Counted from the stretch's first letter, positions 25,313 to 35,784 are shown. The stretch: 64,000 bases of DNA from Patescibacteria group bacterium (GCA_041660565.1 JBAZWC010000002.1:217836-281835), one strand, 5' to 3'. Numbers and translations are program-made. The notes: generated from the letters alone by a model not told the origin.

Positions 25313-28300
25313 TTATCTAACCTCGGTCTGGTGTGGGCCAACTAATCGCGCAATTTGATCTAACAAGCTGAAGTCAATTTTTACTGTCAGCCTTGGTTTA
25401 ATTTCTTTTTGGTCCGGTAGATGCAAGATGAAGGCATTTACGCCGTTATGTAGTGACAAAACGTGTTTTAGCTCGGACAAAGTTTTGGTACTGGTGTCTT
25501 CGGGAATGGTGATATGCAAAATAGCGGATTCGGGAAACATCTGCACCGGTTTTTCACTCGCTCCGGTTGTGGGTGCTGCGGCGCGTCCGTTTTGGCTTTT
25601 GCCGTTACCGTTTTTATATGACGTAAGTGCGGGCAAATCTATACCATCCACTGACCGCGCCTCGGTGATATCCCACGCCGCGTTGACTAAAATTTTTAAG
25701 CTGCCATCTTTATCGTTCACCTTGCCATCTGCCACTATAATGCGGTCATTTTGCCATAAATCCTTGGTTTCGGCATATAAATTGGGGAAGATGATTAGCT
25801 CAATATTGGTAGTAGCGTCTTCCACTTTCACAAACGCCATTGCTTGGTTGGATTTGGTGATAATCGATTTGACACTGGTGATCATACCGATAATGCGCAC
25901 CGATTTATCTACCATATTTTGTTTAATTTCACCGATTTTAATGATGTCGTGCCCCGAAATTGAGTTCAAATCTGACATTGGGTGCTCTGAAAGGTAAATG
26001 CCAAGCAGGTCTTTTTCCCATTGCATAATTTGTTGTTTGGTGGCGGGAGCGGTTGGGGTTAAATTAAGCAAAACCATCTCTTCGTTTTCGTCTGAGCCAA
26101 ACAACCCAATTTGGCTGTGATGATCTTTGTGAATACCGGTGGCGTACTTTAGAATTGCTTCGATATTAACAAACAAGGTGTTTCGGTCTGAAAAACTATC
26201 CAAAGCGCCCGCTTGCGTCAAGCTCTCCAATGTTTTTCGGTTGATTACTTTTCCATCAGTCCTTTTGATAAAATCAGTCAAACTAGTAAACAAACCATTT
26301 TTTTTGCGCTCTTTGACGATCACCTCTGCCACGCCGTGCCCCACATTCTTAATTGCTCCTAGCCCAAACCGAATATTCTCGTTTTTATGTTGATCGTTCG
26401 GGACTACGCCAAAATCCGGAAAAGACTCGTTGATGTCCGGAGGCAGCACCTTAATGCCCATTCGATTGCACTCGTTTAGGGCGAACGATACTTTTTCAAT
26501 GTCACGGCTTTGCTCCGAGGTTAGCCATGCCGCCATAAACTGGCTGGGATAGTGCATTTTAAGATACGCGGTTTGGTACGCAATCATCCCGTAAGAGGTG
26601 GCGTGCGCTTTATTAAATCCGTAACGGGCGAACGGCTCTACGAAGTCGAATAGCTTTTCGGCCAAGCTTTTGGTGATGCCGTTTTGCACCCCTTTTTCAA
26701 TCCATTTATGCCGCTGTTCCAATAATAATTCTTTGATTTTTTTACCAATCGCTTTGCGCAGAACATCGGCTTCGCCGTATGAAAATCCGCACAAATCGCG
26801 AGCAATGCGCAAAATTTGTTCCTGATAAACGGCAATACCGTATGTTTCTTTTAGAATTGGCTCGAGCTTGGGATGAAGATAGGTGACTTTTTTGGTGCCA
26901 TGTTTGCCGGCAATATAATCTGGAATTAATTCGATTGGTCCGGGACGATATAGCGCCACCATCGCAATAATATCGTTGATGACGGTTGGTTTTAGCTCTT
27001 TTAAGTACCGTTTCATCCCATCTGACTCTAATTGGAACACCCCAGACGACTCGCCGCGAGAAAGCAGCTGGTACGTTTCTTTGTCATCAAGCGGTATTTC
27101 GGCGGTAATTATATCAACATCTCGAGTGGCTTTGATGATCTCCAGCGCCCGCTCAATGATGGACAGGTTGGCTAGACCCAAGAAGTCCATTTTAACCAAA
27201 CCAACTGCCTCTAACTCTTTCATGGCAAATTGAGTCACGATGCCAGACTGCTCTTTATCGCCGATACGTTGCACCGGTACATAGTTGGTGATGTCTTTGT
27301 CCGAGATAACTACGCCAGCGGCGTGCACCGAGGCGTGGCGAGCCACTCCTTCTACCTTGCCCGCCAGATCAATCAGCTTTTTAATTGCGGGCTCGTTGTT
27401 GTAGCGATATTTTAACTCAACGTTGGTTTCTAGCGCGATATCCAGTGTTGACCCGAGCGGGATCAGTTTAGAAACCGCATCTACTTCGCCATACGGCATG
27501 CCCAAAACTCGCCCCACGTCGCGGATGCTGTTTTTGGCTGCAATCGTACCAAAGGTAATAATCTGTGCCACCTTGTCGGCGCCGTATTTTTCGGTGACGT
27601 ATGCGATTAATTCGCCGCGTCTGGTATCGGCGATATCCAAGTCAACATCTGGCCAGTCAATACGTTCTTGGTTTAGAAATCGTTCAAAGATTAGACCGTA
27701 CTTTAACGGATCGATGTCGGTAATGTTGATTAAATACGAGACTAATGAGCCAGCGGCTGATCCACGAGTGTTGGTAAAAATGCCCATTTCCTTGGCTTTG
27801 TTGTTGTAGTCTGCCACCATCAGCATATAGCTGGCAAAGCCGGTTTTGCCGATGACATCAAGCTCATATTCAAGTCGGGTTTTGTACTCTTCATCTAAAT
27901 TGGACGGGTATTCCGAGCGTTCGCTGGGTTGATTAGTCTTGACCACTTTAGCCCATAATCCGGCAATACATCTCTCGCGCAGATAATCATCCGGTTTTGC
28001 CCCACCCGGTATTGGAAACGCCGGAAAGATATATTGACCGGTCTTGATTTCGAATTGGCACATATCGGCAATTTTGCGGGTGTTTGATATTGCCTCTGGC
28101 AAATCTGCAAAATTGGCGGACATTTCATCACTCGTTAGCATTGATATATCAATGTAGCGACCATCTTGTTTCATTGACATTCGATTTTGATCTGCCATAA
28201 ACTTGCCGGTTTGAATACACAGCAATGCATCTTGCGCCTCGGCATCATCATGCTCTAAATAATGGACATCATTTGTGGCCACTAGCCCGAGCTGGTGTTT

Positions 28301-28888
28301 TTGCGCCAAGCTGGTTAGATGCCGATTGGCTAAGACTTGCGCTGGAAGCTCTGGGTGGTGCTGTAGCTCGACAAACAGTCGCTCATGCCCAAAGATCTCC
28401 AGATACTGTTTTAACGCCTCGTCGGCCTTTTCGGGGTCATCCTGACCGGCCGGACGCGCCACTTCGCCTTGCAAACAGGCGGTCAGACAAATTAGCCCCT
28501 CGTTGTACTGCTTGAGCAGGTTTTTGTCCACGCGGGGTTTGTAATAGTAACCATCTAAATGGGCAATGCTGATTAATTTTAGTAAATTATGATAACCGGT
28601 TTCATTTTGACACAGCACGATTAGGTGATAAGGATTTTTATCAAGCTGACTGACTTTTTCGGTGTGCGTGCGTGGCGCAACATACAACTCGCAGCCGATG
28701 ATTGGTTTGACACCGGCTTTTTTGGCCACTTTACTAAACTCTACCGCCCCGTAAAGCACCCCATGGTCGGTTAAGGCCAATGTGTCCATATTCAATTTTT
28801 TGGCATGGTCAACCAATTTGGGTACGGTACCAAGCCCGTCAAGCAGGCTGTAGTGAGAGTGAACATGAAGATGAGTGAAGTCAGACAT
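25313..28888 (-). CDS. dnaE: DNA polymerase III alpha subunit
   Basis: The PHP domain begins MSDFTHLHVHSHYSLLDG, and the full DnaE architecture follows, including the C-terminal OB fold. The chosen start at 28888 is the conserved PHP N-terminus. The ORF-track start at 28978 is a GTG with SD GGGAGA and would add 30 aa translated from a TTAGGG repeat. Confidence 0.9.
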   Translation of the reverse strand: MSDFTHLHVHSHYSLLDGLGTVPKLVDHAKKLNMDTLALTDHGVLYGAVEFSKVAKKAGVKPIIGCELYVAPRTHTEKVSQLDKNPYHLIVLCQNETGYHNLLKLISIAHLDGYYYKPRVDKNLLKQYNEGLICLTACLQGEVARPAGQDDPEKADEALKQYLEIFGHERLFVELQHHPELPAQVLANRHLTSLAQKHQLGLVATNDVHYLEHDDAEAQDALLCIQTGKFMADQNRMSMKQDGRYIDISMLTSDEMSANFADLPEAISNTRKIADMCQFEIKTGQYIFPAFPIPGGAKPDDYLRERCIAGLWAKVVKTNQPSERSEYPSNLDEEYKTRLEYELDVIGKTGFASYMLMVADYNNKAKEMGIFTNTRGSAAGSLVSYLINITDIDPLKYGLIFERFLNQERIDWPDVDLDIADTRRGELIAYVTEKYGADKVAQIITFGTIAAKNSIRDVGRVLGMPYGEVDAVSKLIPLGSTLDIALETNVELKYRYNNEPAIKKLIDLAGKVEGVARHASVHAAGVVISDKDITNYVPVQRIGDKEQSGIVTQFAMKELEAVGLVKMDFLGLANLSIIERALEIIKATRDVDIITAEIPLDDKETYQLLSRGESSGVFQLESDGMKRYLKELKPTVINDIIAMVALYRPGPIELIPDYIAGKHGTKKVTYLHPKLEPILKETYGIAVYQEQILRIARDLCGFSYGEADVLRKAIGKKIKELLLEQRHKWIEKGVQNGITKSLAEKLFDFVEPFARYGFNKAHATSYGMIAYQTAYLKMHYPSQFMAAWLTSEQSRDIEKVSFALNECNRMGIKVLPPDINESFPDFGVVPNDQHKNENIRFGLGAIKNVGHGVAEVIVKERKKNGLFTSLTDFIKRTDGKVINRKTLESLTQAGALDSFSDRNTLFVNIEAILKYATGIHKDHHSQIGLFGSDENEEMVLLNLTPTAPATKQQIMQWEKDLLGIYLSEHPMSDLNSISGHDIIKIGEIKQNMVDKSVRIIGMITSVKSIITKSNQAMAFVKVEDATTNIELIIFPNLYAETKDLWQNDRIIVADGKVNDKDGSLKILVNAAWDITEARSVDGIDLPALTSYKNGNGKSQNGRAAAPTTGASEKPVQMFPESAILHITIPEDTSTKTLSELKHVLSLHNGVNAFILHLPDQKEIKPRLTVKIDFSLLDQIARLVGPHQTEVR

Positions 28889-28892
28889 AAGA

Positions 28893-28985
28893 AGGTTTCT
28901 TTCGTTCGGGGGATTAGGGACATTAGGGAAGTTGGGGATTTTGGGAGTGCCTTTGGCTCCCCCAATGCCCCTAATCACCCCAATC
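28893..28985. repeat. family C, copy 3 (between divergent dnaE and the methyltransferase gene)
   Basis: GGGGGATTAGGGACATTAGGGAAGTTGGGGATTTTGGGAG...CTCCCCCAATGCCCCTAATCACCCCAATCTCCCTAAT. Confidence 0.55.
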
Positions 28986-29013
28986 TCCCTAATTTGTGTT
29001 ATAATTATTCATA

Positions 29014-30117
29014 ATGAATAATTGGTTTGCAATCACGGGCAAAACACCCGATTTATCTTTAGCCGAGCTGCGCGCGCTAAAACTAGACGTTGCGCCTTTT
29101 AGCGTATCGAAACAGGTGATCAATGGCAAGGGGGATTTTCCTTCAGTCGAGACGTGGAATCGACTGGGCGGCGTGGTCAAAGCCGGAGTTTGGGTGGCGG
29201 AATGTACATCAGCTCGACTAGAAGATAAGTTGATTGAAGTCCTGTCATTTCCATCCCCAGATTCGGGTCGCATTGACTTTGGTTTATCATTTTATCCTAC
29301 TACTTACAATCCGAAACAGATTGAACGATTGTCGCTGTCAATCAAAAAACAACTTAAATCATCTACCAAGCAGCCGGTAAGGGTTTATCTGCCTACCGAC
29401 GGAATAATTTCGCCCGTTATTACCGCAAAAGAACTGTTGCCCAAGGGTGGCAAAGAATTGGTGATAATGTTGGAGCACGGTCAGATTCAAATTGGTGAAG
29501 TGGGTTGGGTGCACCGGTTTGAAGATTGGTCCAAGCGCGAATTTGGCGACAAGCAGGTTGACGCCAAAAGCGGGTTATTGCCGCAAAAATTAGCCCGCAT
29601 GATGGTCAATTTGACCGGTTTAAACGCCGGAGACGTGACGATTTACGATCCTTTCTGCGGAGATGGCACGGTGTTAATGGAGGCTTCTGAGCTTGGATTT
29701 AATATTCTAGGGTCAGACATTAGCCCAACCGCTGTTGAACACAGCAAAACAAACACGAGGTCCGACAATTTTATGGTAGAAGACGCGCGCATTACTCGTC
29801 CCAAAATTAGTACTAGCGAAATGGCCATCGTAACCGAACCGTATTTGGGGCCGGTAAATGCAGAGATAAATCAATCAAATCACATCGTGAATCAATTAAC
29901 TGAACTGTATTATCAATCGTTAAAGCAATGGCGATCGTTCTTGAAACCCGGCGCAGCGGTAGTGATGGTATTCCCGGTAATTTCAAATCTTTCCACCTTT
30001 GCAAAAATCGTTGACAGGTTAAGTAGTTTAGGATATAGTACCTCTATAGGTCCGCTACGATATGAACGCGTAGGTCAATTAGTGCAACGTGACATCGTAC
30101 GGCTAACGGTAATATAA
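29014..30117 (+). CDS. putative RNA (N2-guanine/N6-adenine type) methyltransferase, Trm11/RlmL-like
   Basis: SAM-binding motif IYDPFCGDGTVLMEASELGFNILGSDIS, preceded by a substrate-binding-like N-terminal domain. Confidence 0.45.
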   Translation: MNNWFAITGKTPDLSLAELRALKLDVAPFSVSKQVINGKGDFPSVETWNRLGGVVKAGVWVAECTSARLEDKLIEVLSFPSPDSGRIDFGLSFYPTTYNPKQIERLSLSIKKQLKSSTKQPVRVYLPTDGIISPVITAKELLPKGGKELVIMLEHGQIQIGEVGWVHRFEDWSKREFGDKQVDAKSGLLPQKLARMMVNLTGLNAGDVTIYDPFCGDGTVLMEASELGFNILGSDISPTAVEHSKTNTRSDNFMVEDARITRPKISTSEMAIVTEPYLGPVNAEINQSNHIVNQLTELYYQSLKQWRSFLKPGAAVVMVFPVISNLSTFAKIVDRLSSLGYSTSIGPLRYERVGQLVQRDIVRLTVI

Positions 30118-30228
30118 GCAAAATTCTAAATTCCAAGTTCCAAATTCTAAATAAATTCTAAATAAAAAATTCAAATAGTTTAGAATTTAGTGCTTAGTGC
30201 TTAGAATTTACGACTGTAAGGAGTATCT

Positions 30229-30534
30229 GTGGCTCATAAAAAAGCCGGTGGTTCAACTCGGTTAGGTAGAGACAGCCAATCAAAACGATTGGGAGTTAAG
30301 GTTTTTGGTGACCAAATGGCCACAGCCGGTGCTATTATTATTCGTCAAACCGGTCAAAAATTTCGTGCAGGAGAGAATGTCGGTGTTGGAACCGATTTTT
30401 CGTTGTATGCAAAGACAGCTGGAAAAGTAAAATTCAGTAATAAAAAAATGGTTCGCTTCACTGGATTGCTCAAAGACACTCGAATTGTATCAGTTGAGCC
30501 GTTCAAACCGGTTGCCAAAAAGGAAAGTAAATAA
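30229..30534 (+). CDS. rpmA: 50S ribosomal protein L27
   Basis: [28 protein letters not shown] is a canonical L27 sequence. The GTG start has SD TAAGGAG 5 nt upstream. Confidence 0.9.
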   Translation: MAHKKAGGSTRLGRDSQSKRLGVKVFGDQMATAGAIIIRQTGQKFRAGENVGVGTDFSLYAKTAGKVKFSNKKMVRFTGLLKDTRIVSVEPFKPVAKKESK

Positions 30535-31133
30535 TGGACAAATTAGCTACAGTTGCACAGTCTTCACTAAAGCAAAACCCACCGTTAGTAAAACCCGGTG
30601 ATACGGTTAAAGTGTATCAAATTGTTCGCGAAGGAACGAAAGAGCGCGTGCAGATTTTTGAAGGCGTGGTGCTATCGGTTAAGGGCGGTACAGGCATCTC
30701 GGCTACGTTTACGGTTCGTAAAATTTCCTTTGGATACGGCGTCGAACGCACTTTCCCATTGCACTCACCTCGTGTGCTAAAAGTTGAACGCATTAAATCA
30801 TCTAATACTCGTCGATCAAAACTTTATTATCTGCGCGAGCTAACCGGTAAAGCGGCCAGATTAAAGAATGAAAAAATGGATTACTGTCTTTGGGAAGAAA
30901 AAGGGGCAGAGGAAAAATTAGAGCAGATTGAAGAAGCGGTGGCCGAAGAAGCCGAAGCCAGAGCGGAAGAAAAAGCTGAAGAAGCTGGTGACGTGGTTGT
31001 TGAAGAGACAGTGGCACAGACCGATGAAGAGAAAGCAGCCATTGCAGCCGGGGTTGAAAACGAAGTCAAATCAGACGACGAAACACCAACTGAAGTAACT
31101 CGTCATGAAGAACAAGACAAAGTAGAAAAATAA
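30534..31133 (+). CDS. rplS: 50S ribosomal protein L19 with an acidic tail extension of about 80 aa
   Basis: L19 core (VKPGDTVKVYQIVREGTKERVQIFEGVVLSVKGGTGISATFTVRKISFGYGVERTFPLHSPRV) followed by a Glu/Ala/Lys-rich tail. Confidence 0.9.
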   Translation: MDKLATVAQSSLKQNPPLVKPGDTVKVYQIVREGTKERVQIFEGVVLSVKGGTGISATFTVRKISFGYGVERTFPLHSPRVLKVERIKSSNTRRSKLYYLRELTGKAARLKNEKMDYCLWEEKGAEEKLEQIEEAVAEEAEARAEEKAEEAGDVVVEETVAQTDEEKAAIAAGVENEVKSDDETPTEVTRHEEQDKVEK

Positions 31134-31186
31134 CCAAAAATTTTAAAAAAGGTCCCAGATGGACCTTTTTTTGGTATAATAAACTC

Positions 31187-31537
31187 ATGGAAAATAAGCA
31201 AGTCGGTAGAATTGGTGAAGATATCGCGACGGATTTTTTGCGCAAATTGCATTTCAAAATCATTGGTCGTAATGTGATTCGGGCAGGGGTTGAGGCTGAT
31301 ATTCTGGCTGAGGATGGTAAATGTGTGGTTATTGTTGAAGTCAAAACCAAAACCAGTGATGAATACGGTTTGCCGCAAGAAATGGTTGGCCCGGCCAAGC
31401 AACACCAGCTAATCCGATTTGCCAAAAGCTATTTATCTGAGTATGGTGAGGTGGCAATACGGATAGACGTTGTCGCCGTCACCTTAACTAACGATGAGCC
31501 GGTTATTGAACATCTAAAAAATTGTGTGGGAGAATAA
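31187..31537 (+). CDS. yraN: YraN-family (UPF0102) endonuclease
   Basis: 116 aa with the UPF0102 motifs (GEDIATDFLRKLHFKIIGRNV...VVIVEVKTK...RIDVVAV). Confidence 0.65.
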   Translation: MENKQVGRIGEDIATDFLRKLHFKIIGRNVIRAGVEADILAEDGKCVVIVEVKTKTSDEYGLPQEMVGPAKQHQLIRFAKSYLSEYGEVAIRIDVVAVTLTNDEPVIEHLKNCVGE

Positions 31538-31538
31538 T

Positions 31539-33062
31539 ATGTCTGAGCAAATCAAATATCGCACTCGTGTTGCCCCTAGTCCAACCGGTGATCCGCACGT
31601 TGGCTTGTTGCGTAACGCTTTATATAACTATTTTTTGGCGCGTCAAAGCGGCGGGCAGTTTATTTTGCGGATCGAGGATACAGACCAAGCGCGTGAGGTT
31701 GAAGGCTCAATTGATCGCATTTTAGCAGCCTTGAATTGGATTGGTACCGTGCCAGACGAAGGCCCGTTTAAGCAATCCGATTATAAAGATGAATATCTAA
31801 AATTAGCTAAAGAATTGATTAACAAAGGCCACGCGTACTACTGTTTTTGCTCATCAGAGCGCCTTGACCAGTTGCGCGCAGAACAGGCTAAAAATCACCA
31901 AGCGCCACGTTATGACCGCAAATGCCGTGAATTAGATAAAGCCGAGTCTGAAAAGCGATCACTTACCGAGCCTCACGTAATTAGAATGAAAATGCCGGAT
32001 GATGAAGAAATTGTGCTACGCGACGCAGTAAAAGGCGAGGTTAAATTTAATTCAAACGAAATTGACGATCAGGTGATAATTAAATCCGATGGTTTTCCCA
32101 CTTATCATTTGGCCTCGGTGGTGGACGATCATCTAATGAAAATTAATTTAATGCTCCGGTCCGACGAATGGTTGTCGTCTTCGCCTAAACATTTGATGTT
32201 GTACCGATATTTTGGCTGGGATTTGCCTACTTTTGCCCATTTACCGTTAATTCTGAACCTCGATCGGACTAAAATTTCTAAACGTAAAAATGACACTTCG
32301 GTATTGTCGTATAAGGCCAAGGGTTATCACCCCTTAGCCATGGCGCACTTTTTAATGTTTTGCGGTTGGAATCCGGAAAAAACGCAGGACACGTATTCCT
32401 TTGCCGATTATGAAAAACTTTTTTCGCTCGATCGGGTGGGCAAGTCGCCGGCGGTGTTTGATATCAAAAAATTGGATTGGCTAAGCCATCAATATTTCAA
32501 TCAAGATAAAATTGACGATGTTTTTGCCGCGTATTTGGTTTGGTTAGGTGATAAGGCGGAGAATACCGAAGTTGAAGAGTTATTTATCAAGCTTGCCCGT
32601 GAAAATCATTCTGCTGCACAAGCAATGCTTGATATAGTACGCATGCGCGCAGATTATTTTACGCAGTATTCAGCTACCGCGGCCACTTTTTTCAATCAAG
32701 ATAAATTAGGCCAACTATCTGCAGTCGACTTATTGCAGGACGGGAAAATTGATAAAGTCGAGGCGATTAAGGCGCTTGAATTAGTGAAGCAGTCGATTTC
32801 AAAAATTGAAAAATCTTGGTACGACGAAAAATCAGCCGAGAAGCGGTCTAAACAACTAAATGAATACTTTCGTCAGGTACAGCCAGCAGAGCTTTCTCCA
32901 GCGGCCTATTTGCATCCAACTCGGGTAGCCATTACCGGCGAGAAACAATCAATGAATATGTTTGAATATCTATCGGTTTATTTGTTGATGGACAAAGGTG
33001 TGGCAGAGATTGAACATCGTCTTGATCACGCAGCCGCAATTTTGAAAAATGAAAATAATTAG
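31539..33062 (+). CDS. gltX: glutamyl-tRNA synthetase
   Basis: TRVAPSPTGDPHVG (HIGH-type motif) and KISKRK (KMSKS). The start at 31539 overlaps the yraN stop. Confidence 0.9.
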   Translation: MSEQIKYRTRVAPSPTGDPHVGLLRNALYNYFLARQSGGQFILRIEDTDQAREVEGSIDRILAALNWIGTVPDEGPFKQSDYKDEYLKLAKELINKGHAYYCFCSSERLDQLRAEQAKNHQAPRYDRKCRELDKAESEKRSLTEPHVIRMKMPDDEEIVLRDAVKGEVKFNSNEIDDQVIIKSDGFPTYHLASVVDDHLMKINLMLRSDEWLSSSPKHLMLYRYFGWDLPTFAHLPLILNLDRTKISKRKNDTSVLSYKAKGYHPLAMAHFLMFCGWNPEKTQDTYSFADYEKLFSLDRVGKSPAVFDIKKLDWLSHQYFNQDKIDDVFAAYLVWLGDKAENTEVEELFIKLARENHSAAQAMLDIVRMRADYFTQYSATAATFFNQDKLGQLSAVDLLQDGKIDKVEAIKALELVKQSISKIEKSWYDEKSAEKRSKQLNEYFRQVQPAELSPAAYLHPTRVAITGEKQSMNMFEYLSVYLLMDKGVAEIEHRLDHAAAILKNENN

Positions 33063-33855
33063 TCAGATCAAAAACCTATTTCGATCGTACGATACCGTAT
33101 CAAAGGTGATTCGGCACGATCAAATGTGGCAAAGTGCCAATGTGTCCGGTGCGGTCAAAATTGACCCGATCAGTCGCGACGACAAAAAACTTAATGTTTT
33201 GATTTTGTCACCAAGCCCGGGTGACGAAATTTTGGGATGCGGCGGGGCGTTAGCTCGGCACTTATTGCGTCAAGACGCGGTTCGGGTAATTACCTTAACC
33301 GATGGTAGTCGAGGCACGCCATCCGGAGTGCGTGACGCCCAGTTAATCAAGGGGCGTGAATCTGAATCTAAACAAGCATTGGCGGTTTTGGGTGAGGCCA
33401 AGGTGGATTTTTGGCGATTTGAAAACGGCAAACTTAAGGCAAATCCAACTACGTTAGGCTTATTGAAGCAGATAATGATCGAAGCACATGTGGATCGAAT
33501 TTATGCGCCGTGGTGGGGCGATGATAATCAAGATCATCAGCAGACAATCGAAATTCTGTCTCAATCATTACAGGCTGCGCCGCAAAACTGCGAAATTTGG
33601 CAATATGAAACTTCATCACCGCTTTTGCCGAATCGTATTGTGCCAATTGACAACGTGTTTGATGTAAAAATTCAAGCGATTCGAAAACATATCAGTCAGT
33701 TAAAATTACGGCGTTTTGATCACGCTATTGCCGGATTAAACGATTATCGTGGTGAAATGCACAATCAAAAACAGCCCGCTGAGGCATTTTTGGTATTGTC
33801 TGCTAAGCAATTTTCCGAATTATATGGTCATTTTGACGATAAAATTGATAAATAA
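33049..33855 (+). CDS. PIG-L/LmbE-family N-acetylglucosaminyl deacetylase
   Basis: LILSPSPGDEILGCGGALARH matches the PIG-L zinc-binding motif. It overlaps the gltX end. Confidence 0.65.
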   Translation: MKIISQIKNLFRSYDTVSKVIRHDQMWQSANVSGAVKIDPISRDDKKLNVLILSPSPGDEILGCGGALARHLLRQDAVRVITLTDGSRGTPSGVRDAQLIKGRESESKQALAVLGEAKVDFWRFENGKLKANPTTLGLLKQIMIEAHVDRIYAPWWGDDNQDHQQTIEILSQSLQAAPQNCEIWQYETSSPLLPNRIVPIDNVFDVKIQAIRKHISQLKLRRFDHAIAGLNDYRGEMHNQKQPAEAFLVLSAKQFSELYGHFDDKIDK

Positions 33856-34967
33856 ACGTCCAGAGTTTCTTTTGCACATTTATCCCAACTAAACTTGGCT
33901 AGCTGATCTATCTCTCTTGCGCGCAATGATTTATCTAAATCATGATCCTGGGTGATCTTTTGCATCGCCTCAGCTAGCTTTGCTACATCTTTTGTTGGAA
34001 AATATATCGCTGCGTCTCCGGCTACCTCTGGCAGCGAAGAGTTGTTAGCTACAATTACCGGTGTGTTATAGCTGTATGCTTCTAGCACCGGCAGACCAAA
34101 GCCTTCGTACTCCGACGGCACAACGAACGCGCATGCATTCTTATATAAGGAGGCCAAAACGTCATCTGGCGCAAACCCGGGTGCTAAAATATCCGCTTTA
34201 AATTCCGAATTTTTGATCGCATCCAATACCTCTAGCGTAGCCATTTTTTGACTACCAAGCAGCACTAACCGATGCGGCAATTTTGTCTCGCGCTTAAATT
34301 GCTCAAAAGCGCGTACCAAAGTTAAAATACCTTTATGTGGCCGCCACTGGCTAACAAATAAAAAGTACGGTTGATTGGTTTTAAGATAGTTCTGAGCCAG
34401 TTCGAGGTGATTTTTAGGTAATTTGTATGGATCGGGGCCGCCCTCGTAAACAACCGCAATTTTATCGGATTTTACATGAAAATATTTTTGGATATCGTTT
34501 TTGGTGTAGTTAGAAATGGCAATCACTTTGGTTGCTTTGGTTGATGCGTGCTTAAAAATATATCGGAACGCTACCCGACGAACCGGTTTCTGTTTTTTCT
34601 GTCCGCCCGGAAAGAAAAACAGGGTCATATCGTGAATGGTAGTCACAAATGGACGAAGATAGCCAATTGGATGATTAAAGTTCAAAAAATGCACCAGATC
34701 AAAATGATGTTGATTTAATATTTGCAGGAATTTTGTTTGTTCAGATAGGGAATAGTGGATAATTGGTACCACCAGCGGGGTAAAGTTTGCTTGATCGATG
34801 TCCCATTCCGGCATATCGTCGGCGGTTAATAACACGGTGTAGTGATTAGTTTTATCAAGCTCAGCCAGGTGTTTGATTAGTTCGCGAGTGTAGCGGCCAA
34901 GCCCACCGGTTTCGCTTCGCCAAAACCGCGCATCTAAACAGATTGAATATGGTGGTTGATCTTTCAT
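33828..34967 (-). CDS. glycosyltransferase family 1 (GT4-type)
   Basis: C-terminal EX7E-type motif region EGFGLPVLEAYSYNTPVIVANNSSLPEVAGD. Confidence 0.75.
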   Translation of the reverse strand: MKDQPPYSICLDARFWRSETGGLGRYTRELIKHLAELDKTNHYTVLLTADDMPEWDIDQANFTPLVVPIIHYSLSEQTKFLQILNQHHFDLVHFLNFNHPIGYLRPFVTTIHDMTLFFFPGGQKKQKPVRRVAFRYIFKHASTKATKVIAISNYTKNDIQKYFHVKSDKIAVVYEGGPDPYKLPKNHLELAQNYLKTNQPYFLFVSQWRPHKGILTLVRAFEQFKRETKLPHRLVLLGSQKMATLEVLDAIKNSEFKADILAPGFAPDDVLASLYKNACAFVVPSEYEGFGLPVLEAYSYNTPVIVANNSSLPEVAGDAAIYFPTKDVAKLAEAMQKITQDHDLDKSLRAREIDQLAKFSWDKCAKETLDVYLSILSSK

Positions 34968-35100
34968 TTCCTAGATTATACCACAGATTTGTTAATAATC
35001 CGTAGGGGCGGACCTATGTGTCCGCCCGCATAGTATTGTTTATTGTAGAGTTTTGTGGTATAACAACACTGCAAGCACTCTACGTTTCAGGAGACAGTCC

Positions 35101-35784
35101 ATGAAAGCGTTTGGCAAGGTCGTTTTGGCTTTTGCGCTAGTGCTCGCTCTACTCCTTCCGTCCGCCTGCTTCGCGCAGGCGCCGACTACTACTCCCAAGG
35201 TGGCTGTTCTTCCTTGGGTCTTCACCGAGAACGGGCGGGCGACTAACTCGACCAAATCCTCGGCGGTTACCACTGTCGAGAAGATGGTGGTGGACCTGCT
35301 GGCGAAGGTTGGGCTCGAGCGTGTGGACGACGGCAAGGTTACGGGGGTATGGTCGCGCGATCTGGGCAAAGAGTTGCCAACCGGCGCCGCCTTCCCTGAC
35401 GACCGAGACTTACTCGCATTGGGTCAGAAGCTGGACGTCGACTACGTCATGGTCGGCAACTGCGCCTGGCGCGTGAGGTCCGTCTGGGTGGGGTTTGGCC
35501 CCAAGACCAAGGCGGAGTGCGAGGTGTCGGTTCGCGTTATCGACGTCAAAGCTGGCGTTGTTGACTACAAGACGGTGGCCAACTCCGACTCCACCAAAAA
35601 GGAGGACCCGCTCGCCATCGCCGGGACACTGCTGATTACACCAATCTTCACCTTCGTCAGTGGCGGTCCGAAGACCCCTCATATGCAGAGGTCCGGGGGA
35701 TTCGCCACGGCTAAGGCGGTCGGTGGGTGGGCGACCAAGTTCGCGACGACCGGGCAGAAGATCAAGATCGACGACAAGAAGTAG
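35101..35784 (+). CDS. GC-rich secreted protein, paralog A (CsgG/LpoB/TolB-N-like AVLPW motif)
   Basis: The signal peptide ends ...ACFA|QAP. Conserved motifs are KVAVLPWVFTENG, DYVMVGNCAWR and KAECEVSVRVIDVKAGV. The ATG at 35101 has SD CAGGAG. An extended -10 TGgTATAAC is at 35056-35064. An identical terminator hairpin is at 35805-35839. Confidence 0.5.
   Translation: MKAFGKVVLAFALVLALLLPSACFAQAPTTTPKVAVLPWVFTENGRATNSTKSSAVTTVEKMVVDLLAKVGLERVDDGKVTGVWSRDLGKELPTGAAFPDDRDLLALGQKLDVDYVMVGNCAWRVRSVWVGFGPKTKAECEVSVRVIDVKAGVVDYKTVANSDSTKKEDPLAIAGTLLITPIFTFVSGGPKTPHMQRSGGFATAKAVGGWATKFATTGQKIKIDDKK

Noticed and set aside
28889-28978. 30-aa N-terminal extension of dnaE (ORF-track start, a GTG at 28976-28978 preceded by SD GGGAGA)
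   Set aside because: The extension is a translation of a TTAGGG palindromic repeat (PNFPNVPNPPN). The conserved PHP-domain N-terminus begins at the downstream ATG at 28888. That start is kept, although it lacks a good SD.
30802-31069. Minus-strand ORFs of Ser/Ala/Leu-rich sequence opposite the L19 tail
   Set aside because: They are complement-strand translations of the GAA/GCA-rich repeat encoding the acidic L19 tail.
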